23,502 nucleotides of DNA. It comes from an uncultured bacterium (GTDB taxonomy: Bacteria; T1Sed10-126). The notes under the pieces were generated by a model, which had not been told where the DNA came from, made no database searches, and saw only the letters and a program-made list of their open reading frames with translations. The stretch lies in NCBI GenBank assembly GCA_964566495.1, contig CAZMIT010000015.1:1-23502 (forward strand), written 5' to 3'. This document shows, in pieces, positions 9,093-16,425 of this stretch; position 1 is the stretch's first letter; every line of letters begins with the position of its first letter. The position numbers and the translations under genes are program-made.

Positions 9093-10869
9093 AGAAAAAA
9101 TCTACCACGGTCGGGGTTTGTCCGCCGGGATTGGGTTTGGTCCTGCCTCAATTTTGCCTGATTTTACCTACGAGATGGACGAGGTTGAAATACATCCGGA
9201 TGCTGTAGAAAAAGAGCTGGAGCGTTTTGACCAGGCGCTACAAAAAACTAAAAATTCCACCCGCCAACTCATAGAACATGTTAATGACACCCTGTTTGAA
9301 GACCTCGGCGAGCTGTTTGTGGTCCAGGAGTCTCTACTTGGGGACCCCAGCTTTACCAGCCGCGTTATTACTCATATCAGAGAAAACCATCTCTGTGCTG
9401 AATCAGCAGTTATGCGGGCCATGAAAACGTTAGAGGAACAATTTTTGGAAAAAACCGACGGGTCAAGACTTAGTGCAAGAGCCGTTGATTTCCTCGACGC
9501 CGGCATGCGCGTGCTTGGTCACCTGGAAGCTCCCGTCTCCCGCCCACGGCTCCCCCACGGGGGTGTCCTGGTCGCCCGCCGGATTGCCCCCAGTATCGCG
9601 GTGTTTCTCGAAGATTATGAAATTGAAGGTTTAGTGGTGGAAAATACCAGTCGTAGCTCTCACATAGCCGTGGTCGCCCAGTCCCTTGAAATTCCTACTG
9701 TTGGAATTGGAAACTCTGATTTTTATAAACAGGTCTCCGTAGGGGACACAACGATTGTTAGCGCCAACCAGAACCGGGTCTGGGTGAATCCTGACGAAAA
9801 AGTCCTGACGTCACATAAGGAGGCGCAGAAACGTTTCACTCAGTTCACGGCCAGTATTCTCGAAAAAACTCGGGATACAAAAAGTGACAGCCTGCCCCTT
9901 GTTCTACGCGGTAATCTTGGCCTGATGGAGGAAATACCGCTCCTCGAAAAATATGGCGGCGAAGGAGCGGGGCTTGTTCGGACAGAGTTTCTCTTTTTGG
10001 GTAAGAGCAATGAAATCCCGGAGGAAACTGTTCAGGCTGAACTCTACCACCAGATGGGGGAGTATCTTGCCCCGCACCCGGTTAATTTGCGCACCTTTGA
10101 CTTCGGCGGCGACAAGCAGACTTTTCGCGAACCAGAAGGGGTTGGAGGACGGGGGATATACCGGGAATTATATAATAAAGAGGTCCTTGAAACACAGCTT
10201 CGAGCCATGTGCCGGGCCTATCAGAAACATGAAAATATAAATGTGTTACTGCCACTTGTCGGCTCGGTGGCCGAAGTTAAACAGGTGCTTGCTGTCATGA
10301 AAAGTTTCTCCCGCCGCAAAGGCTGGAAACGTCCCCCGCTGGGTATAATGGTTGAGATTCCCTCGATATTTTTCTCTTTAAAGGAAATTTTACCCCTGGT
10401 TGATTTTCTTAGCTTCGGAACTAATGATCTCCTGAATTATCTGCTTGGCGCGGATCGTTTTGGAACCCCCGGCGCTGATGCTGTTCATTACCCGGATCCC
10501 ACCTTATTTCAATTTATGCAGCGAGTGATCGATCTTGTCGGGAGTAAAGATATTGCGATAAGCCTTTGCGGGGAAATAGGAGCTAATCCAATTTTTACTC
10601 CCCTGTTCATGGGGCTTGGTCTGGACGAGCTGAGCATGGCTCCCATGCGCATTCCGGAGGTTAAACTGGTAGCTATGGAGTGTCCGGAGGAAAAAGCACG
10701 ATATTTTGCCGAACAGGCGCTTGAACTGGGGGTACGTAGTGAAGTCAAAGAATGGGTCCGGTCCGAACTTGGGCCTTACGTCCAGAATATACTGAAAGAA
10801 AAAGAAATTCCAAGAGAAGGTCGCGAGTATGATTATTACGAGAGGAGAAAAAATAGTGACCCCCGTTGA
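9085..10869 (+). CDS. ptsI: PTS enzyme I (PEP-protein phosphotransferase), no N-terminal GAF domain
   Basis: SSHIAVVA (phospho-His), GLVRTEFLF, RTFDFGGDK, MVEIP, SFGTNDL, DR and CGE. Start placed at ATG 9085, overlapping the HPr end, rather than 9019. Confidence 0.9.
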   Translation: MAEEKIYHGRGLSAGIGFGPASILPDFTYEMDEVEIHPDAVEKELERFDQALQKTKNSTRQLIEHVNDTLFEDLGELFVVQESLLGDPSFTSRVITHIRENHLCAESAVMRAMKTLEEQFLEKTDGSRLSARAVDFLDAGMRVLGHLEAPVSRPRLPHGGVLVARRIAPSIAVFLEDYEIEGLVVENTSRSSHIAVVAQSLEIPTVGIGNSDFYKQVSVGDTTIVSANQNRVWVNPDEKVLTSHKEAQKRFTQFTASILEKTRDTKSDSLPLVLRGNLGLMEEIPLLEKYGGEGAGLVRTEFLFLGKSNEIPEETVQAELYHQMGEYLAPHPVNLRTFDFGGDKQTFREPEGVGGRGIYRELYNKEVLETQLRAMCRAYQKHENINVLLPLVGSVAEVKQVLAVMKSFSRRKGWKRPPLGIMVEIPSIFFSLKEILPLVDFLSFGTNDLLNYLLGADRFGTPGADAVHYPDPTLFQFMQRVIDLVGSKDIAISLCGEIGANPIFTPLFMGLGLDELSMAPMRIPEVKLVAMECPEEKARYFAEQALELGVRSEVKEWVRSELGPYVQNILKEKEIPREGREYDYYERRKNSDPR

Positions 10870-11893
10870 ACTGGTCGATAAATATGATAGCGAGAATTTT
10901 TTAACCTGGTTGGAGCAATTTCCCGACCAGGTCGAACAGGCGGCTGAACTGGGGCAAGAAGTGAAGTCCCTTCGGTCGAACTGCGATTCTATATATATCG
11001 GTGGGATGGGGGGCTCAGGGATTGCCGGTGACCTGGTTGCCAGCTTTCTCTATGATCAGTTTAAAGTACCGGTGACGGCACTGCGTTACTACGATTTACC
11101 AGCTGCGGTTGACGAGAAAAGTCTTTTCGTCGGAGTCAGCTACTCGGGGAATACTGAGGAAACGCTGGCCCTTTTTCGGGAGGCCGGTCTTCGGGGGGCT
11201 AAGCGGCTGGCAATTACCAGTGGCGGTGAACTCGGTCGGATTGCCGGGGACTCGCAGACCGGATTGATTGAAATACCAGCCGGGCAGCCCCCACGCGCCT
11301 CGGCTCCCTATCTTTTTCTTCCCTTAATTTACTGTCTGGCTGCTTCCGGATATGCAGAAAGTCCCGCTCCGGAAGCGCTGGAGGAGACTCTGGTTGAACT
11401 AAGACAGCTCACCTCAAAATTGGCACCTGCGACCGGCAGTAATCCCGCCTACGCTCTGGCCAAAAAGATTCATGATCGCTACAATCTCCTTTACGGTAGC
11501 CAGCCAATTACTGCCCCTCTGGCCTTGCGGTTGAAAAATCAGCTTAACGAGAACGCTAAAATGCTGGCCGTGGCTAATGAATTCCCGGAACTGAATCATA
11601 ACGAGATAATGGGCTGGCGCCAGCTCGGCGAGGTTGAGGATAAATGGCATGCTATTTTCCTCCGTGATCCTGCCGAACATCCCCGGGTGGAGAAGAGGTT
11701 TGAAATCACGCGAGAAATTTTGGCTGAGTCGGTGGGCGGAATAGATGAACTCTCGGGCAGCGGCGAGTCACGGCTGTCCCGTTTTTTGACATTGATGCTT
11801 TACACCGATTATGTGAGCTATTATTGCGCTTTATTACGCGGTGAAGACCCCTCGGAGATTAATTCAATCGAGCGTTTAAAAGAAAAACTTTGA
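10856..11893 (+). CDS. Bifunctional phosphoglucose/phosphomannose isomerase (PGI/PMI, SIS family)
   Basis: GMGGSGIAGD, SYSGNTEETL, TSGG, QLNENAK and PELNHNEI. Start placed at GTG 10856 after GAGGAG. Confidence 0.92.
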   Translation: MTPVELVDKYDSENFLTWLEQFPDQVEQAAELGQEVKSLRSNCDSIYIGGMGGSGIAGDLVASFLYDQFKVPVTALRYYDLPAAVDEKSLFVGVSYSGNTEETLALFREAGLRGAKRLAITSGGELGRIAGDSQTGLIEIPAGQPPRASAPYLFLPLIYCLAASGYAESPAPEALEETLVELRQLTSKLAPATGSNPAYALAKKIHDRYNLLYGSQPITAPLALRLKNQLNENAKMLAVANEFPELNHNEIMGWRQLGEVEDKWHAIFLRDPAEHPRVEKRFEITREILAESVGGIDELSGSGESRLSRFLTLMLYTDYVSYYCALLRGEDPSEINSIERLKEKL

Positions 11894-11937
11894 AATAATT
11901 TTTTGGCCTTCTGGAGGGAAATAGACTCGACAGTTTT

Positions 11938-12156
11938 TTAAAAAATAATAGTTGTAATTTTTTTACGTAACTGCTTCGGAGCTTTTATTGTCCGAGTCTT
12001 TTTAACTATAACTGTTTTAAATTGCTGTTCAAGCTTATGTCGTTTGCGGCAGATAGGGCAGTTTTCTATATGTTTCCGGACCTCGCAATTTTCATTCTCC
12101 TCCAGCTCACCATCAATATAAAGTTGAAGGTATTTGGCTAATTGTTTGCAGTTCAT
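11938..12156 (-). CDS. Zinc-binding (zf-HC2/ZAS) soluble anti-sigma factor, RshA/RsrA-like
   Basis: MNC...L..YIDGEL...HIENCPIC (N-terminal Cys plus HxxxCxxC), no TM segment, directly after an ECF sigma gene. GAGAGG spacing favours ATG 12156 over 12165. Confidence 0.88.
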   Translation of the reverse strand: MNCKQLAKYLQLYIDGELEENENCEVRKHIENCPICRKRHKLEQQFKTVIVKKTRTIKAPKQLRKKITTIIF

Positions 12157-12178
12157 CGAGGTCATCCTCTCGAACGGG

Positions 12179-12820
12179 TTAGCTTTCTGATTCTACGTCT
12201 TCCTTTTCGGATATGATTCCCTTCTCTTCAGCATAGTCAACGAGTTTTTTCTTCAAAATATTCCGAGCCCGGTGTAATCGCGACATAACGGTTCCAATTG
12301 GACAGTCCATGATTTCTGCTATCTCCTTGTAGGAAAATTCTTCAATGTCAGCAAGAATTAGAGCTGAGCGAAATTCTTCCGGGAGGTCGTTGATCGCTTC
12401 TACCATCTCCTCGGGCAGGATGTTGTCAAACAGCTCCTTTTCGGGATCATCAATTGAGGCGGCGATTTCACTGTCCAGAATGAAGTTATAAATCTCCTCG
12501 TAATCTTCATAATGGACTTTCCCCGGACTCTTCTTATAGTTCTTGTAGCGGGTATTATAGAGGTTACGCAGGATGGTAAACAGCCAGGCCTTGCAGTTTG
12601 TTCCGGGGGTGTATTGATGGAAAAAACGGTAGGCACGTAGAAAAGTGTCCTGGACCAGGTCTTCGGCGTCCTCGCGGGAGCTGTTTATACTCATGGCGTA
12701 GTTGTAGAGAGCATTCAGGTGGGGGAGTGCCTCTTCCTTGAACAGTTCCTGCTTTTCTTCCGGAGACAGCTCTTCAATATCAATAGATTCCTTGCCTTTT
12801 TTGAGCTGGTCTTCAACCAT
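12179..12820 (-). CDS. ECF sigma-70 factor, SigH/SigR-like
   Basis: AEDLVQDTFLRAYRFF...GTNCKAWLFTILRN (region 2) and LPEEFR...SYKEIAEIMDCPIGTVMSRLHRAR (region 4). Confidence 0.93.
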   Translation of the reverse strand: MVEDQLKKGKESIDIEELSPEEKQELFKEEALPHLNALYNYAMSINSSREDAEDLVQDTFLRAYRFFHQYTPGTNCKAWLFTILRNLYNTRYKNYKKSPGKVHYEDYEEIYNFILDSEIAASIDDPEKELFDNILPEEMVEAINDLPEEFRSALILADIEEFSYKEIAEIMDCPIGTVMSRLHRARNILKKKLVDYAEEKGIISEKEDVESES

Positions 12821-12994
12821 TTAAAATCAAATCCTATTTATTTGGTCCTTCACCGAGAAGTCCACTCTCCACTGGAAAGCTTTTCGGAGAGGCTCTATTT
12901 AGCAGAATATACCGACCGCAAGAATGGTAATATTTTTTGTTTAAACTGTAAACCCGCCAAAAGTCGCGAGAGCCGCCCCCGTCTTGCTCTGATG

Positions 12995-14275
12995 TCACGC
13001 GATAACCTTCTGTCCTCCCAGATAAGGTCGCAGGACGTCGGGGATTACTACACTGCCGTCGGCCTGTTGAAAATTTTCCAGCAGTGCCAGCCAGGTGCGA
13101 CCTACCGCGACACCGCTTGCGTTGAGCGTGTGCACATAGCGAGCCGCTGCCCCGGGTTCGGGGCGAAACTGGATGTTGGCCCGGCGGGCCTGAAAGGCCT
13201 CGCAGTTACTGCAGGAAGAAATTTCTCGGTAACGTTGTTGCGAGGGCAACCAGACCTCAATGTCATAGGTGCGGGCGGCGGCAAAACCTGTGTCGCCGCT
13301 GCAAAGCGTAACTACATGGTAGGGTAGCTCAAGCTTGTCCAGGACGCTGCGGGCGTCTTCCAGTAGCTTCTCGTGCAGATCATAGGATTCTTCCGGTCGG
13401 CAAATTATTACCAGTTCAACCTTGTTAAATTGATGCTGGCGGATCAGTCCCCGGGTATCTTTACCGTGGGCCCCGGCCTCACGGCGAAAACAGGGCGTCC
13501 AGCCGGTCTTCTTCAGCGGCAAGTCTTCGGGGCTCAGGATTTCTTCACGATATAGGTTTATCAAGCTAACTTCTGCCGTAGGGATCAAATATTGTTCGTC
13601 TTTTACAGTCTTGTACATGTCATCCTCAAACTTTGGCAGCTGTCCCGTGCCTTCCATCACTTCCGGTCGAACCAGGACTGGCGTCATTATTTCCTCGTAG
13701 TCGTTTTCTTCCCGCTGGACGTCTAACATAAAGTCGATTAGAGCTCGTTCCAGTCGAGCTCCGTCCTCTTTCAGGACGGCAAAGCGGCTGCCAGATATTT
13801 TTTGGGCCGCCTCCAGGTCAAGTAGCCCCAGATTTTTTCCGATCTCCCAGTGAGGCAGCGGTTTGAAGTCAAACTCCTCCGGTTCTCTCGCTTTCTCCTC
13901 AAGCCGGTTATCGACCTCGTCGTCTCCCCGGGGGACAGTGTCGTGAAGTAGATTCGGGATTCGGAGCAGCAGATCGTTGAGCTTTTCGTCCAGTTCGTCT
14001 CGCTCCTCGTTGAGTTTTTGGATCTCTTCTTTCAACCGGCTCATCTCCGCAATAAGCTGCTCGGCTTCCTCGTCCTCCCCCGCCGCCTTTAGCTTACCAA
14101 TGCGCTCGGACTCTTCGTTTCTACGGTGCTGCTTCTTCTCAACTTCGGCGATGATCGAGCGCCGTCGTTCGTCAATTTCTAACGCCCGGTCTACAATCCC
14201 GGTTTTTTCTCCTCTTTTTTCCAGGCTCTCTTTAATTGCCTCTGCTTCGTTCCGCAGATTTTTAGGCAGAAACAT
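12995..14275 (-). CDS. serS: Serine--tRNA ligase
   Basis: N-terminal coiled coil, GTGQLPKF, LIPTAEV, FRREAG, RGLIRQHQFNKVE, EISSCSNC and HTLNASGVAVGR. Confidence 0.98.
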   Translation of the reverse strand: MFLPKNLRNEAEAIKESLEKRGEKTGIVDRALEIDERRRSIIAEVEKKQHRRNEESERIGKLKAAGEDEEAEQLIAEMSRLKEEIQKLNEERDELDEKLNDLLLRIPNLLHDTVPRGDDEVDNRLEEKAREPEEFDFKPLPHWEIGKNLGLLDLEAAQKISGSRFAVLKEDGARLERALIDFMLDVQREENDYEEIMTPVLVRPEVMEGTGQLPKFEDDMYKTVKDEQYLIPTAEVSLINLYREEILSPEDLPLKKTGWTPCFRREAGAHGKDTRGLIRQHQFNKVELVIICRPEESYDLHEKLLEDARSVLDKLELPYHVVTLCSGDTGFAAARTYDIEVWLPSQQRYREISSCSNCEAFQARRANIQFRPEPGAAARYVHTLNASGVAVGRTWLALLENFQQADGSVVIPDVLRPYLGGQKVIA

Positions 14276-15596
14276 AGTCGCTCAATGCCTCCTTGACGAG
14301 CTGGAGTTTTTCCTTCATTAACTCCCCGGTGTCCGCCTCCAGGTTAAGGCGCAAAAATGGTTCGGTATTCGATGGCCGGACGTTAAACCACCAGTCGCGG
14401 TACTGGACGCTGATTCCATCCAACCAGTCCACGTCACCGTCGGGAAATTGCTTTTCCAGGGCTTTCATCGCCTTTTCCTTCTCTTCAACCTCAAAGTTTA
14501 TCTCCCCCGACTGGGAGTAGCGTTTCAGTGGTTCAATGAGCTGGGAAAGGGACTCCGAGCGGTTGGAGAGGAGGTTAAGTAGATACAGGGTTGCGATCAT
14601 ACCGCAGTCGGTGTAGTAGTTGTCTCGAAAGTAATAGTGGCCGGAGAGTTCGCCTCCAAAAATGCCGTTAACCTCACGCATTTTTGCCTTCATGTAAGCG
14701 TGCCCAACACGGTAACGGACCGGTTCTCCGCCATACTTTTCTATTTCTTCCGAAACTACACGGCTTGAACGTAGGTCATAAACTACTTTTTCATTTGAGC
14801 GTCTGGCCAGTATAGGCTTGACAAGCAGTGCAGTTATCATGTCCGAAGAGATAATCTGCCCCTTTTCATCGACAAAAGCGGCGCGGTCGGCGTCACCGTC
14901 GAAGGCAATTCCGAGGTCGTAGTCGCCGGAGCGCACTTCTGCCTGCAAATCTGCCATATTTTCAGCTTCCAGTGGATTGGGGATGTGGTTGGGGAAACTG
15001 CCGTCCAGTTCAAAATACATGTCGGTAACTTCTACCGGCAGTTCGGCAAAAATCGGCGGCACGGTAAGCCCGCCCATCCCATTACCGGTGTCAATTGCCA
15101 CTTTTAACGGTTTGATCCCTTCGGCGAAGTTCAGAATTGTATCTTTGTATTGATCGAGAAAATCTTCCTCGCGATAGCTTCCCTGCTCGGCGACGGGCAG
15201 GTTGTCCTCCTGAATCGCTTGCTCGATCTCATTTATTCCTGTTTCGTAAGCTACCGGTTTGGCTTCGTCCCGTGAAATTTTAAAACCTATATATTCGGGG
15301 GGGTTGTGCGATGCCGTAACCATAACTCCGCCCTGCGCTTCATAAAAGCCAATCGCGTTGTAGTTCATTGGTGTCGAACAGAGGCCAATGTCAATTACGT
15401 TCTGACCGGTTGCTCGTAACCCCTCGACCAGGGCTTCCGAAATTGGTTCAGCGACTTCTCGCATGTCGTTGCCTACGACAACCGATCCCTGTTCAAAAAA
15501 ATTACCCAGTGCCACACCAATTTTATTCGCCAGTTCCTCATCGATTTGGTCTGGATATGTTCCCCTGATATCGTATGCTTTGAATACTCCTGCCAT
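14262..15596 (-). CDS. Phosphomannomutase/phosphoglucomutase
   Basis: FKAYDIRG, VTASHNP (phospho-Ser), FDGDADR (metal loop), GELSGH and VRPSNTEP. GGAGGTG spacing favours ATG 15596 over 15602. The stop overlaps the serS start region by 14 bp. Confidence 0.95.
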   Translation of the reverse strand: MAGVFKAYDIRGTYPDQIDEELANKIGVALGNFFEQGSVVVGNDMREVAEPISEALVEGLRATGQNVIDIGLCSTPMNYNAIGFYEAQGGVMVTASHNPPEYIGFKISRDEAKPVAYETGINEIEQAIQEDNLPVAEQGSYREEDFLDQYKDTILNFAEGIKPLKVAIDTGNGMGGLTVPPIFAELPVEVTDMYFELDGSFPNHIPNPLEAENMADLQAEVRSGDYDLGIAFDGDADRAAFVDEKGQIISSDMITALLVKPILARRSNEKVVYDLRSSRVVSEEIEKYGGEPVRYRVGHAYMKAKMREVNGIFGGELSGHYYFRDNYYTDCGMIATLYLLNLLSNRSESLSQLIEPLKRYSQSGEINFEVEEKEKAMKALEKQFPDGDVDWLDGISVQYRDWWFNVRPSNTEPFLRLNLEADTGELMKEKLQLVKEALSDYVSA

Positions 15597-15645
15597 TTGC
15601 ATCCACCTCCAGGTGAAATGTAATTTATGTTTATTCTGAGCCTTT

Positions 15646-15674
15646 ATTTTAACCCGTCAGCCGTCAGACGGCAA
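15646..15674 (-). promoter_or_regulatory. Putative sigma70 promoter for the pmm-serS unit
   Basis: The minus strand reads TTGCCG-N17-TAAAAT (15674-15669 and 15651-15646), about 50 nt upstream of the start codon. Confidence 0.6.
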
Positions 15675-15737
15675 GTGCTGTGTCCCACCGCATAAAACCT
15701 ACCGAAGGGGAACGAAAATTCCTCCCCCCGGCGAGCA

Positions 15738-15761
15738 GAATTTTGCAGTAGAGCAAAATTC
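15738..15761. repeat. Perfect 9 bp inverted repeat (hairpin)
   Basis: GAATTTTGC-AGTAGA-GCAAAATTC. Confidence 0.85.
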
Positions 15762-15791
15762 GATTTCCGGCGTAACTTCCTTCCGTGAAAG

Positions 15792-15819
15792 TTGACATTT
15801 GAACAATAAAATGGATAAT
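15792..15819 (+). promoter_or_regulatory. Putative sigma70 promoter pointing into the repeat region
   Basis: Perfect TTGACA (15792-15797), 16 nt spacer, GATAAT (15814-15819), in an AT-rich context. Confidence 0.45.
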
Positions 15820-15917
15820 TAATAGGCTTTCATACAAACTTTAACTTCAAACGTAACTGTGTAGCGTCCGCGCATAATTTTGGGAACATATGACGCTCCG
15901 GGGTTTGAACTAAAGAG

Positions 15918-16078
15918 CGTCATTGCGGGAACCTATGACGTCCCAGGACTTGCCCCGCAATCCATTTTTTCACCCCCCTTTGTCTTTCCCCCCTTCAAGG
16001 GGGAAAGCTCAAAGAGGCGCAAGACCGAAAATCAAGATCAAGTTCAAGATGGATTCCGGCTCGTAGGCCGGAATGACG
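15918..16078. repeat. Inverted pair of CGTC-tagged REP-like palindromes (REPIN-like doublet)
   Basis: Left unit CGTC-ATTGCGGG...CCCGCAAT-CCA (15918-15964). Right unit in the opposite orientation, TGG-ATTCCGGC-TCGTAG-GCCGGAAT-GACG (16050-16078). Confidence 0.7.
15978..16014. repeat. GC-rich hairpin between the REP-like units
   Basis: CTTTCCCCC (15984-15992) pairs with GGGGGAAAG (15999-16007), extended by CTTTG/CAAAG. Confidence 0.8.
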
Positions 16079-16278
16079 TCAAGTTCAAGAGCATGAGCAA
16101 GATTACAAGCACTTAATGAATTTGAATTAGCTTTCAGCTTTTGGCTTTGAGCCTTAAGCTGGTGTATTCCGGCTCGTAGGCCGGAATGACGTCAAGTTCA
16201 AGAGCATGAGCAAGATTATGAGCACCTAATGAATTTGAATTAGCTTTCAGCTTTTGGCTTTGAGCCTTAAGCTGGTGT
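16053..16278 (+). repeat. 113 bp tandem direct duplication, 2 copies
   Basis: 16053-16165 and 16166-16278 differ at 3 positions by my reading (GATTACAAGCACTTAATG vs GATTATGAGCACCTAATG). Each copy begins with the ATTCCGGC/GCCGGAAT hairpin. Confidence 0.95.
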
Positions 16279-16425
16279 TTTCCGGGTTGCTTGCTCGGTC
16301 GGACGAAACAGGGGATATTTTGTCAGTGTCACGCTAAACAAATACATTCAAACTTTTTAACGTCGATCTGAGCCAGCTTAAATAGATTTGTTTTTTTCCC
16401 TTGCGGGAGAGAAATAAGAAGGTAA

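Noticed and set aside
11894..11937. Bidirectional terminator between the convergent units
   Set aside because: No stable GC stem with a U-tract is visible.
12719..13327. 202 aa plus-strand ORF and other antisense or nested ORFs in the track
   Set aside because: They are shadows of well-supported genes (serS, ECF sigma, pmm, rpoN, smc and others) with no recognisable motifs.
15883..15905. SigH/SigR-type promoter GGAAC...GTT
   Set aside because: The spacer is 15 nt, too short for the usual 18. A minus-strand GGAAT-N19-GTT at 15722-15696 is also off-consensus and could be chance.
15880..16116. 78 aa ORF with a GTYD(A/V)PG repeat
   Set aside because: TTG start without a clear RBS. It lies wholly across DNA palindromes, which explain the peptide repeat.
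16053..16278. CRISPR array
   Set aside because: There are only two palindrome copies, the intervening sequences are near-identical rather than unique spacers, and no cas genes are present.
16270..16312. Hammerhead ribozyme suggested by GGACGAAAC
   Set aside because: The required CTGANGA core is absent (CTGGTGT instead), and the segment is explained as a simple hairpin arm.
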